A DNA stretch of 64,000 bases from Chitinophagales bacterium (GTDB taxonomy: Bacteria > Bacteroidota > Bacteroidia > Chitinophagales > JADIYW01). Below are positions 41,582 to 50,923 of the stretch, piece after piece; position 1 is the stretch's first letter; every line of letters begins with the position of its first letter. Both the position numbers and the translations under genes were made by a program. The notes under the pieces are model-generated. The model worked only from the letters and a program-made list of their open reading frames with translations. It ran no database searches and had not been told where the DNA came from. The DNA is taken from the NCBI GenBank assembly GCA_023957245.1, contig JAMLHJ010000015.1:4542-68541 (forward strand). The letters run 5' to 3'.

Positions 41582-43442
41582 GTTTCCACGTTATTAATAA
41601 TGTAAATAAATAATTTGTTCCTGGCATCGGGCGATACTTCACTTCCTCATAATTACTATTCAGTATATTATGAAATGTCATCCGCCCTTCTAATTCTATT
41701 TTCTTAATTTTCTGCAAATAAGCTATTGATGCATTGAGTATAGTGTATGCAGGAATATACACACCTGCATCTCTAGTTACAAATCGTTGAGAATAACTTT
41801 GCCCATCAATATCGAATGTCAAATTCTTCCAATTGTATATCATTGCCAACTTACCTGAATGTATCGGATAATAAGGCAATTGCACCCATTGAGTTTTATC
41901 GTTATTTTGCTTCTTTTCAATATTACCTGATCTATTAAAAGAGTAATCTGCTTTAAAAATAATTTTATGAAATCCACTTAACCAATTGATAGACTGTCCA
42001 ACATTAAAACCATAAGCAAATACTTTGCCCTCATTTTGAGGTTGAAAATACCCTCTATTGGTTGGCAGCCAAAGAATCATATTGCTAATCTTATTGGCAA
42101 AAAAATCTATTTGATGATTCCATTCCCATTTTTCTTTAATAACATGACGAAATGAAACTCCAGTAGAAACGTTGATACTCGTTTCTGTTTTCAAATCTTC
42201 TTTACCACCAGGAGCCCAATACCTATCATTGAGCGTAGGAAATCTTGCATCTTTGCCAATCCTTCCCCAAATTTTCCAGTTTTGATTTTTTCCTTTAAAA
42301 GTGTTGGCTTCTATAAAAAATGGCAATACCCATTGCAATTGACTTCTATGGGATGTTTTCAACAAAGCTTTAATTTGGGAATTTTTATTGGGAGAAAATG
42401 TGGTAGATACAAAAGCATCCCAAGCCCATTCTTTAACTCCAGATTGATAATTTTTAGTATTGACAGCAGTTAATTTAATATCATTTCCGTAAGAAAATTT
42501 CCATTTGGGATGAACATTAACTTCTCCTTGATATCTCAAAAACCCTTGATTTTCTTTATTATCTCTTTCTCTATTAAGAACAAAATCTTTATAGTACAAA
42601 TTCTGATATAAATACATACCACTAAAAAGATGTTCAACTTTATTTTTCTTCATACTCCATTTCAACATCTGCCTAGCCACCATATCATCTTGGTTCAACA
42701 AATTATTGGGCGACACCAAGTAAGGCGGTATCTCACGATGGATAGATAAAATCTCCTGATACCAATACAAATGGCTACCATTTTTGAGCGTCATACTCCA
42801 TTGAGGGTAAATATTCCATTTGTAATAAGCACCATGCTGTTGATTCCTTTTCACATTTGGGAAAACGGTATAATCTGTATATGAAAAATTATTTTTTGCT
42901 TTTTCATAGTTGACCATAATTGACCAAGAATGTCGCTTTTTCATTCCTTCATAATAGATTCCACTTGACAACAGTCCAAAAGAACCAATAGATTGTTTAA
43001 ATCTTAAAAGATTGTCATTATCACTTCCAGACCCATCTTTAATATTAACAATACCTGCCAATCCTCCTGTTACAAATTCCTGACCCTGAATAGAATAATT
43101 GACCTCTTGCCTATATCCTATTGAAAATAATGACAAATCTGCCACTCCCAACATACCAGAACTCACAGGTACATCATTCCATAAAACTTGCACGTACTGA
43201 GAAGTCAATCCTTGAGCTGAAACAGACTGTACACCACCCAAGGTACTTGTTCGAACAAATACACCTGGTTCAGATTTAAGCACATCTCCTACTGTACTTT
43301 TTGAACTATTTTCAGCTGAAAGAGTTTTTTTCACTACTAAGGTATCCAACTCAATAGAATAAGCAATACTATCCTGAGGATTTGCCGATACCCAAGTCGC
43401 ACTCATAAACAATAAACCTATCAACCAATTGATGTTCTGCAT
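41568..43442 (-). CDS. btuB: TonB-dependent receptor, probable cobalamin transporter
   Basis: Plug motifs, RFPTLNDRYW.PGG, C-terminal RPMPGTNY; riboswitch upstream. Confidence 0.8.
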   Translation of the reverse strand: MQNINWLIGLLFMSATWVSANPQDSIAYSIELDTLVVKKTLSAENSSKSTVGDVLKSEPGVFVRTSTLGGVQSVSAQGLTSQYVQVLWNDVPVSSGMLGVADLSLFSIGYRQEVNYSIQGQEFVTGGLAGIVNIKDGSGSDNDNLLRFKQSIGSFGLLSSGIYYEGMKKRHSWSIMVNYEKAKNNFSYTDYTVFPNVKRNQQHGAYYKWNIYPQWSMTLKNGSHLYWYQEILSIHREIPPYLVSPNNLLNQDDMVARQMLKWSMKKNKVEHLFSGMYLYQNLYYKDFVLNRERDNKENQGFLRYQGEVNVHPKWKFSYGNDIKLTAVNTKNYQSGVKEWAWDAFVSTTFSPNKNSQIKALLKTSHRSQLQWVLPFFIEANTFKGKNQNWKIWGRIGKDARFPTLNDRYWAPGGKEDLKTETSINVSTGVSFRHVIKEKWEWNHQIDFFANKISNMILWLPTNRGYFQPQNEGKVFAYGFNVGQSINWLSGFHKIIFKADYSFNRSGNIEKKQNNDKTQWVQLPYYPIHSGKLAMIYNWKNLTFDIDGQSYSQRFVTRDAGVYIPAYTILNASIAYLQKIKKIELEGRMTFHNILNSNYEEVKYRPMPGTNYLFTLLITWKHEKK

Positions 43443-43540
43443 TTCTATTTTTTGTCTCAACAAAAAGGAATGTAGCAGATATACAGCGAGTGCAACCACT
43501 TCATCCCCTTTGCCTCGAAAGTTCCGAATTTATTGTGCTC

Positions 43541-43700
43541 ATGGCAGGTCTTCTGACTTGTTTCCTTCTTGACACCTTCCCGCAAAAAGCAGTGGTATAT
43601 CGTCAAAAAGTATAAAAACTTACAGCAGCGAGGACTGTCCCGGACTTGCACCGGAGTTCCCTTTTAATTTTCTATTTTTTACAAATAGAATAACCATTTT
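43541..43700 (-). promoter_or_regulatory. Cobalamin riboswitch
   Basis: Minus strand GGTT...AAAAGGGAACTCCGGTGCAAGTCCGGGACAGTCCTCGCTGCTGTAA...CCACTG...GGGAAGG...AAGTCAGAAGACCTGCC (B12 box). Confidence 0.95.
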
Positions 43701-43991
43701 GCATGGCAAAGATATACTTTATTCTACAATACTTTTCTTTAAAATGGAAAATAAATTTTATTGCAATAAGCAATTGACAATTAAATATATATACAAATTA
43801 AATCAAAAGGTAAATAATAAAAAATACAAATAACTTAATAATAAGCTTGCGCAATTCAAATAACTATTCTACTGCGTAATACAAATAAACTTTTCAAACC
43901 TCACAATAAGTCAATGCATTTTTTTATAATTTTTACTTCATTACATAGATTGGCAATAGTTTATAATCTTTCAAAAATAGTTATAGAAATT

Positions 43992-44022
43992 TTTGACTTT
44001 TTAATTGAACTGCGTATATTTG
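43992..44022 (+). promoter_or_regulatory. Bacteroidetes sigma70-type promoter facing the cassette array (Pc-like)
   Basis: TTTG (43992-43995), 19-nt spacer, TATATTTG (44015-44022) matching TTTG-N19-21-TAnnTTTG. Confidence 0.6.
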
Positions 44023-44040
44023 AGAGTTACAAGCAAGCCT
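44011..44040 (+). mobile_element. attI-like recombination half-site at the head of the array
   Basis: TGCGTATATTTGAGA-GTTACAAGCAAGCCT; GTTACAAGC..GCCT is complementary to the left arm AGGC..GCTTGTAAC of the site at 57046; no partner hairpin arm upstream. Confidence 0.65.
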
Positions 44041-44244
44041 AAAAGACGACACAACGACCTTCAACAAGACATCCAAAAAATCGACTTTTGAAATCCTTAC
44101 CAGAATTTTCAGTCGACCTTAACTCGACAGACAATTTCGCTGTACCTTGACACAGTACAACAGACCAACTTGGCGACACACAAGCTGACCCAAGAAAAAA
44201 TAAAACACCCCACCGCACAAAAAAATGAATTTCTGCCACCTCAT

Positions 44245-44309
44245 AAGTGGCACATTTGGCTTTGCCCTGCCCACAATCCGACCCTTCTGCAATGCCAAAA
44301 GAGCCACTT
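44245..44309. repeat. Hairpin with ACATTTG/CAAAAGAG core, left of the R-M/CBASS operon
   Basis: AAGTGGC-ACATTTG-GC...GC-CAAAAGA-GCCACTT. Confidence 0.6.
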
Positions 44310-44389
44310 TTACCCTACGCACAAAAGGCAGTACAGACGAAGCAACTTCAATTTGTAGAACCCCTACTTAAAATTATTTTAATAAAAAG

Positions 44390-44420
44390 TTTGGTAATAA
44401 GAAAACTTTACCTACTTTTG
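44390..44420 (+). promoter_or_regulatory. Promoter of the R-M/CBASS operon
   Basis: TTTG (44390-44393), 19-nt spacer, TACTTTTG (44413-44420), ending 24 nt before the first gene. Confidence 0.65.
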
Positions 44421-44444
44421 TAGCATCATTACAAAGGAATAAAT

Positions 44445-45002
44445 TTGAACACACTAATAAAAGATATCACAAACATCCAAACCGGACTCTTTGCAAAGCC
44501 CGCTGGCTTTGGCGAATTGGTGTATCTACAGTCTAAGCATTTTGACGAATTCGGACAGTTACATTCAATTCTTCACCCCGATTTGCCGACTGAGGGGATT
44601 TCTGAAAAGCACTTGCTAAAAGACGGTGATGTGCTTTTTGCGGCTAAAGGAACCAAAAACTTTGCAGCCGTTTTTGAAAACCACAACGAACCATCTGTGG
44701 CCTCCACTTCATTTTTTGTTATCAGACCAACAGACAACAAAGTGTTGCCTCAGTTTCTGGCTTGGTTTCTAAATAGCCATACCACACAAACCCTTTTAAA
44801 AGGACAAGCCATTGGCACTTCTATCCCTTCTATCTCAAAACAGGTTTTAGAGAATTTGGAAATACCAGTTCCAGATATTAAAACGCAAATGGCAATTGTA
44901 GAAATTTCAAAACTCCGCAACAAAGAAAAATCCTTGAAGCAGAAAATTGAAGCACTCAGAGAAAAACAAATTCAACAACAAATAATCAACGCAATAAAAT
45001 AA
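44445..45002 (+). CDS. hsdS: Half-size type I R-M specificity subunit (single TRD)
   Basis: LKDGDVLFAAKG, FLAWFLNS, GTSIPSISKQVLENLEIPVP..Q and a C-terminal helix; TTG start. Confidence 0.8.
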   Translation: MNTLIKDITNIQTGLFAKPAGFGELVYLQSKHFDEFGQLHSILHPDLPTEGISEKHLLKDGDVLFAAKGTKNFAAVFENHNEPSVASTSFFVIRPTDNKVLPQFLAWFLNSHTTQTLLKGQAIGTSIPSISKQVLENLEIPVPDIKTQMAIVEISKLRNKEKSLKQKIEALREKQIQQQIINAIK

Positions 45003-45007
45003 ATATC

Positions 45008-46570
45008 ATGGCTAAAATAACTCAGAAAGACATCAACGATGCAGTTTGGAAAGCTTGCGACACCTTTAGAGGCAGCATTGACCCAAGCGTTTACAAAGAC
45101 TATGTGCTTACTATGCTGTTCCTAAAATATCTCAGCGATGTGCATGACGATAAAATGGAAGGCTACTTAGCCAAATACAACGGTGATGTGGAACGTGCCA
45201 AACGTGCCATGCAACACGAACGCTTTATTGTGCCGGAGCATAGCCATTTTAAATATTTATACGACCACCGCAATGAAGCCAATATTGGTGAACTTATCAA
45301 TATTGCTTTGACTGATTTGGAAGAAGCAAACCGTGAGAAACTATACAGCGAAGACGGTGCAGGGATATTCCAAAATATAGACTTTAACAGCAGTAAGTTG
45401 GGTGAGCCAAAGGATAAAAACACCCGATTGAAAACCTTGCTGATTGACTTCAAATCCGACAAGCTGGATTTACGACCTTCTCATTTAGATGGTAATGACA
45501 TTATTGGCGGGGCTTACATGTTCCTGATTGAAAATTTTGCCAGTGATGCCGGAAAAAAAGCAGGTGAATTTTTTACGCCAAAAGAAGTTTCTACGCTTAT
45601 TGCTAAACTCACCAAAAGCAAACCCGGTTCACGTATTAGTGATCCAACTTGTGGTTCTGCTTCTCTTTTAATTAAAGCAGGTGAAGAAGTGGGTTCAGAT
45701 AATTTTTCATTGTACGGACAAGAAGCCAACGGTAGTACCTGGGCTTTGGCAGTAATGAATATGTTTTTGCATGGTTTCGATAATGCTACTATCCGCTGGG
45801 GCGATACTATCCGCAATCCCAAACTGAAAGAAGGTGATACCTTGATGAAGTTTGATACCGTTGTGGCAAACCCGCCATTCTCTTTAGACAAATGGGGAAA
45901 GGTAGAAGACAAGGATGGTGAAAAAACTACTGTGAGCTACGACCCTGAAAGCGATAAATACAACCGCTTTTGGAGAGGTGTGCCACCCAAAAGTAAAGGC
46001 GACTGGGCATTTATAAGCCACATGATAGAAACGCTGAACGAACATGGCAAAGCAGGTGTGGTTGTGCCGCATGGCGTATTGTTCCGTGGTAGCAGCGAAG
46101 GTCGCATACGCCAACGCACCATAGAAGAAAACCTGCTCGAAGCAGTAATTGGCTTGCCTGCAAATCTGTTTTTTGGTACAGGTATTCCGGCTGCTATTCT
46201 CATTTTCAACAAGCAAAAAAACAGCAACAATGTATTGTTTATTGATGCCAGCAAACACTACGAAAGTGCCAAAAACCAAAACAAGCTGCGTGAAAGCGAT
46301 ATTGAACACATTGTAACAACCTATCGTGATTTTGCAGCCGGCAAACTGCAACCCGGTGTGGTGGAAGACAAATACAGCTATGTAGCCACTCCCGAAGAAA
46401 TACAGGAAAACGACTTTAACCTGAACATCCCCCGCTATGTGGACACCTTTGAAGAAGAAGCAGAAGTGGACATTGCTGCAGTGCAGAAGGAGATTGAAAA
46501 ATTAGAAGATGAATTAAAAACGGTGCAGGCTGAAATGGATAAATACCTAAAACAATTAAATGCTATTTAA
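45008..46570 (+). CDS. hsdM: Type I R-M methyltransferase
   Basis: VWKACDTFRG, GEFFTP, DPTCGS, VANPPF, NLNIPRYVD. Confidence 0.96.
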   Translation: MAKITQKDINDAVWKACDTFRGSIDPSVYKDYVLTMLFLKYLSDVHDDKMEGYLAKYNGDVERAKRAMQHERFIVPEHSHFKYLYDHRNEANIGELINIALTDLEEANREKLYSEDGAGIFQNIDFNSSKLGEPKDKNTRLKTLLIDFKSDKLDLRPSHLDGNDIIGGAYMFLIENFASDAGKKAGEFFTPKEVSTLIAKLTKSKPGSRISDPTCGSASLLIKAGEEVGSDNFSLYGQEANGSTWALAVMNMFLHGFDNATIRWGDTIRNPKLKEGDTLMKFDTVVANPPFSLDKWGKVEDKDGEKTTVSYDPESDKYNRFWRGVPPKSKGDWAFISHMIETLNEHGKAGVVVPHGVLFRGSSEGRIRQRTIEENLLEAVIGLPANLFFGTGIPAAILIFNKQKNSNNVLFIDASKHYESAKNQNKLRESDIEHIVTTYRDFAAGKLQPGVVEDKYSYVATPEEIQENDFNLNIPRYVDTFEEEAEVDIAAVQKEIEKLEDELKTVQAEMDKYLKQLNAI

Positions 46571-46572
46571 TT

Positions 46573-47802
46573 ATGCTTACAAAAGAACAAAAACAACAAT
46601 TCAGCGATATTCTGGAAGAGTTAGGAAAGACGCTTGACATTCCAGAAACGCAATACGAAGCAGCCGTTAAAAGCTACGAAGCTGTTGGCAATTGGCTTGC
46701 AAAAGAGGATTCCACACTTGCACCTTACTCGCCTGAAATATTGCCACAAGGCTCATTCATGTTGGGTACAATGGTTAAGCCAATCAATGATAAGGACGAT
46801 TTAGATATTGATCTTGTATGCCAATTGAAAGGTAAAAATCCTGACTGGACACAGGAGGATTTAAAACATAAAGTAGGCGACCGATTAAAAGCACACGGAA
46901 CCTATAAAGAGATGCTTGATGAAGAAGGAAGGCGATGCTGGACTTTGGTTTATTCTGATGATGCAAATTATCACATGGACATTCTCCCTTCCATTGTTGA
47001 CAAAGGCTACAGAATGATTTTAGAAAAGGCCTTCTCTGATACTGAACTAAAGGATATTGAGAAACTTGGCATTCGCATAACCGATAATCAAACAGACAAC
47101 TATGAATGGGAAACCGATCATTTAGAATGGCTAAAGAGTAACCCTTTCGGTTATGGTCGTTGGTTTTTTCAGCAAGCAACTCTTGATTTCAAGAAATCAT
47201 TTTCTCTGAATGAATCAATAGCACCTGTGCCTAAATACAAAAAGGAAAAACTTCCCTTACAACGAGTAGTTCAAATTCTAAAAAGGCACAGAGATATGCT
47301 ATTTAATGGAAATGAGCACAAGCCAATATCCATTATCATCACAACCCTTGCTTCAAAAGCCTACAACAAGGAAACAGATATTATAGAGGCACTAATTAAT
47401 GTGGTTAACACCATGGAAAACTACATTGAAGAACGCTGGTCAGATGAACATGGTAAAAGGATAAAGTGGATTTCAAACCCTGTTAATGATGAAGAAAATT
47501 TTGCTGATAAATGGCAGGAATATCCGCAACGTGAAAAGAATTTTTACCACTGGCTTAGTGAAGTAAAGAAAGACCTGAACAACATAATTGGTCAAAGCGG
47601 AAAGGGTTTACAGTTCATCAATGAATCAATGATGAAGCGATTTGGTAAAGATGCAGTTACCAAAGCATTCAGTAGTTATGGTGAAAAATATTTAAAGCAA
47701 CGTGAAAGTGGTGCAATGAAAATGGCAGCAGGAACAGGAATGCTTGGTGAAACCGGAAGAACTTCTGTCCCCCAACACAAACCTTTTGGTAAGAATGAGT
47801 AG
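46573..47802 (+). CDS. cGAS/DncV-like nucleotidyltransferase (CBASS CD-NTase)
   Basis: PQGSFMLGT...DDLDIDLV, HMDILP, SNPFGY, VQILKRHRD, KPISIIITTL, NPVNDEENFADKW; tail HKPFGKNE. Confidence 0.92.
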   Translation: MLTKEQKQQFSDILEELGKTLDIPETQYEAAVKSYEAVGNWLAKEDSTLAPYSPEILPQGSFMLGTMVKPINDKDDLDIDLVCQLKGKNPDWTQEDLKHKVGDRLKAHGTYKEMLDEEGRRCWTLVYSDDANYHMDILPSIVDKGYRMILEKAFSDTELKDIEKLGIRITDNQTDNYEWETDHLEWLKSNPFGYGRWFFQQATLDFKKSFSLNESIAPVPKYKKEKLPLQRVVQILKRHRDMLFNGNEHKPISIIITTLASKAYNKETDIIEALINVVNTMENYIEERWSDEHGKRIKWISNPVNDEENFADKWQEYPQREKNFYHWLSEVKKDLNNIIGQSGKGLQFINESMMKRFGKDAVTKAFSSYGEKYLKQRESGAMKMAAGTGMLGETGRTSVPQHKPFGKNE

Positions 47803-48268
47803 AAAGTCGCTTTTAATACAAGAAGGTACTCTAAAGTCTTATTTCCCAGGAAGTCAAATAAAACGAAAAGGGGAATCGGAACTCACATGGATTGGAGTTG
47901 TTACTCCATCTCCTCTGAGTGCTACCTATCAATTAAAGCTGCACTACAAATATAATGAGGGAGCTAAGGTATATGTAATTGACCCAAAGCCATTGAAACT
48001 GGCAGAAGGGCAAGTTGTTTTACCACACGTTTATAGTACACCAGAACAACGCCTATGTCTGTATTATCCTAAAGACAAAGAGTGGAACACAGGCATGCTT
48101 TACGTACATACATTAATCCCATGGGCTTGTGAATGGCTTTGCCATTATGAATTATGGGTGGCAACGGGGACTTGGCATGGTGGAGGAGTACATCATCCAA
48201 ATGAGGCTGAAAAACAAGCCAACAAACAAAAAGAAAAAACTAATGAAGCAAGCAGCAGCAATAAATAA
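47795..48268 (+). CDS. CBASS-associated ubiquitin E2-like protein
   Basis: LPHVY...LCLYYP...EW...IPWACEWL.HYELW..TGTWHGGG; start overlaps the CD-NTase stop. Confidence 0.8.
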   Translation: MSRKSLLIQEGTLKSYFPGSQIKRKGESELTWIGVVTPSPLSATYQLKLHYKYNEGAKVYVIDPKPLKLAEGQVVLPHVYSTPEQRLCLYYPKDKEWNTGMLYVHTLIPWACEWLCHYELWVATGTWHGGGVHHPNEAEKQANKQKEKTNEASSSNK

Positions 48269-49496
48269 AGTTAGTGGAAATAAAAAGGTTTTATTCCAGA
48301 CTGAAATCCCAAGTGAATGGGATGTTTTTGAATTGGGTCAATTGTTTGAATTCAAAAATGGAATTAATGCCGGAAAGGAAAGCTACGGAAAAGGTGTCAA
48401 GTTTATTAACGTAATGGAAGTCATTTACCATGATTTTATTACTCCTGATATGATACCCGGGACAGTCCAAATATCAGATGAGCAGAAAGAGCTATATCTT
48501 GTTAAAGACGGTGATGTTCTTTTTAACAGAACATCTGAAACAATTGAAGAAATAGGAATGTCTGCCGTTTACAATGGTAACGAAGATGTTGTATTTGGAG
48601 GCTTTGTAATTAGGGGTAGACCTATTTTAAATGCAATTGACCCTGTTTATAAAAGATATTGTCTTCGTTCAAACTTAGTAAGAAATCAAATTATTAAAGG
48701 TGGACAGGGAGCAGTGCGTACAAATATTGGTCAGGGTGATTTATCACTCGTTAAAATAGCACTCCCCCCAATTGCCGAGCAAAAAAGCATAGGCCAGATA
48801 TTGTGTACAATTGATTTGACTATACAAAAGGTAGAACAGCTTGTAAATCAAAAAGAACTCCGCAAAAAATGGCTCATGCAGGAGTTGCTTTCGGGAAAAA
48901 GAAGACTGAATAGCTTTAATGGTGAAGTAAAACCAAAAGTTGTAGGACAGTTTATTAAAGAAGTTTCTGAAAGAAATAAGGAATTTAAGGTTACCAGAGT
49001 TCTCTCTGTTACCAATTCAAGAGGATTTATAAACCAGTCTGATCAGTTTGACAGGTCGGTTGCGAGTGAAGATGCATCAAATTATAAAATTGTGCGGAAA
49101 GGGCAATTTGCATATAACCCTTCAAGGGTTAATGTTGGCTCACTTGATTTACTAAGGAATTTTGATGAAGGGATTTTGAGTCCAATGTATGTTGTTTTTT
49201 CAACAGACGAAAAACATCTACTTGCTGACTTCCTATACTTTCATCTAAAAACACAATGGTTTTATGGTCATATTCCAATGTTCGTTCAAGGGAGCGTTAG
49301 AGATAGTTTATCATTTGAAGGACTTTGCTCAATGAAGTTTTTTATTCCAACCACAGAAGAGCAAAAAGCCATTGTTAAAGTGCTGCAAGCCGCAGATAAA
49401 GAAATATCACTTCTGAAATTGAAAGCTGAAAAACTGCGAGAAAAGAAAAAAGGCTTAATGCAGCAATTATTAACAGGAAAAATTAGGGTCAAATGA
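48243..49496 (+). CDS. hsdS: Type I R-M specificity subunit (two TRDs)
   Basis: EIPSEW, ALPPIAEQ, KKWLMQELLSGK, PTTEEQKAI, KKGLMQQLLTGK. Confidence 0.93.
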   Translation: MKQAAAINKVSGNKKVLFQTEIPSEWDVFELGQLFEFKNGINAGKESYGKGVKFINVMEVIYHDFITPDMIPGTVQISDEQKELYLVKDGDVLFNRTSETIEEIGMSAVYNGNEDVVFGGFVIRGRPILNAIDPVYKRYCLRSNLVRNQIIKGGQGAVRTNIGQGDLSLVKIALPPIAEQKSIGQILCTIDLTIQKVEQLVNQKELRKKWLMQELLSGKRRLNSFNGEVKPKVVGQFIKEVSERNKEFKVTRVLSVTNSRGFINQSDQFDRSVASEDASNYKIVRKGQFAYNPSRVNVGSLDLLRNFDEGILSPMYVVFSTDEKHLLADFLYFHLKTQWFYGHIPMFVQGSVRDSLSFEGLCSMKFFIPTTEEQKAIVKVLQAADKEISLLKLKAEKLREKKKGLMQQLLTGKIRVK

Positions 49497-50620
49497 GTGT
49501 AACAAATATTTCATCAGCAAATAGATACATTTTATGGGGTAAAGCTGCAGGAAGGTGCCAATACAGAGGATGTAACAAACCTTTGTTCGTGGATGCACTT
49601 ACAAAGAGTGAATTTAACCAAGCATATATAGCTCATATTGTTGCAGACGTGCCTGGTGGCCCTAGAGGAGATTCGGTTAGATCTGAATTGTTAAAAGACG
49701 ACATTTCTAATCTTATGCTTCTATGTGATGAACATCATAGACTAATTGATAAAAAGGATGTTGCAGGTCATCCTGAATCATTACTGTTAGTAATGAAAAA
49801 GGAACATGAAGATAGAATTGAAAAAGTAGCTTCAATCAATCCAAACATGCAAAGCCACATTGTTACTTACAAGGCAAATGTTGGCATTCATACTCCTGCT
49901 ATCTCCTACGAATCGGTTCGTGAATTCCTGTTGCCTTCACATTATCCGGCACAGTCACAGGCAATAGATTTAAGTTTGAGCAATAGCCCTCAGCGTGACA
50001 AAGACGCAAGCTTTTGGGCAACAGAATTAGAGAATCTTGAGAGTCAGTTTAATGAACAATTAAGGATAAAGTTTAGGAAAGGAGAAATCAATCATCTTTC
50101 CGTGTTTGCATTTGCCCCAATGCCTTTGCTCATAAGGCTTGGCACGCTTATAAATGATATTCAGCATGCTGAGATTCACCAGCCTGTAAGAGATCCAAAA
50201 ACATGGAATTTAGATGATGATGCAACTGAAACACTGTATAAAGTCATTGAGCCGACTGAAACGTTTCCAATAGTTGCCTTAAACATCTCATTAAGCGCTA
50301 CAATCAACAATGATCGAATCACTTCAGTTTTAGGAAGCGATTGTTCCATTTACACCCTAACTATTGATGCACCGTTCAATGACTTTTTAAAGTCTAAAAA
50401 ACAGCTTCAGGATTTTAGTATGGAAATGAGAAAGCTGCTGAATTATATTAAATCAAAGTGCGATGCTCAAACCCCACTGCACGTTTTTCCGGCCATGCCC
50501 ATTGCTACAGCAATTGAATTTGGCAGGGTTTGGATGCCAAAAGCAGATATGACTTTGCACATCTATGATGAGAACACAGCCAATAGTGGTTTTTTCAAAG
50601 CATTAGAAATAACAAATTAG
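49493..50620 (+). CDS. cap5: HNH-SAVED nuclease effector (Cap5-like)
   Basis: AAGRCQYRGC, AHIVA..GPRG, NLMLLCDEHHRLID HNH; SAVED motifs HLSVFAFAPMPLLIRLG and HVFPAMP. Confidence 0.88.
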   Translation: MSVTNISSANRYILWGKAAGRCQYRGCNKPLFVDALTKSEFNQAYIAHIVADVPGGPRGDSVRSELLKDDISNLMLLCDEHHRLIDKKDVAGHPESLLLVMKKEHEDRIEKVASINPNMQSHIVTYKANVGIHTPAISYESVREFLLPSHYPAQSQAIDLSLSNSPQRDKDASFWATELENLESQFNEQLRIKFRKGEINHLSVFAFAPMPLLIRLGTLINDIQHAEIHQPVRDPKTWNLDDDATETLYKVIEPTETFPIVALNISLSATINNDRITSVLGSDCSIYTLTIDAPFNDFLKSKKQLQDFSMEMRKLLNYIKSKCDAQTPLHVFPAMPIATAIEFGRVWMPKADMTLHIYDENTANSGFFKALEITN

Positions 50621-50625
50621 AAAAT

Positions 50626-50865
50626 ATGGCACGAAAAGAAAGACATGTAGTTCCCAATTCTGAAAAAGGCGGTTGGGATTCGAAACGAGAAAATGCAGAA
50701 AGGGTTTCCAAGCATTTTGAAACCAAAAAGGAAGCTATGGACTGGAGCCGAGAAAAATCAAAACAGGAAAAGTCTGAATTGATTCCACATGGAAAAGATG
50801 GAAAGATTCAGAATCCAAACAGTTATGGAAATGATCCCAATCCGCCAAAAGATAAAAAGAGATAA
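50626..50865 (+). CDS. DUF2188-family small protein
   Basis: HVVPN..GGW, F.TKKEA, ELIPHGKDGKIQ..NSYGNDP.PPKD. Confidence 0.85.
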   Translation: MARKERHVVPNSEKGGWDSKRENAERVSKHFETKKEAMDWSREKSKQEKSELIPHGKDGKIQNPNSYGNDPNPPKDKKR

Positions 50866-50923
50866 TAAAGCAAAATCCGCACAATAAAGTGGATGGCTTT
50901 ATTGTGCAAAAACAGAATATAAA

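Noticed and set aside
43457-43651. 64-aa ORF upstream of the TonB receptor
   Set aside because: Overlaps the cobalamin riboswitch.
43700-44010. Integrase gene or remnant next to the attI-like site
   Set aside because: Very AT-rich, with no ORF of 60 aa or more and no tyrosine recombinase motifs seen.
44039-44358. Three short overlapping ORFs at the cassette start
   Set aside because: No recognisable protein features; the region is better explained as a non-coding cassette end with a hairpin.
44445-49496. Phase-variable hsdS shufflon
   Set aside because: Both hsdS genes are on the same strand, with no invertase or flanking inverted repeats seen.
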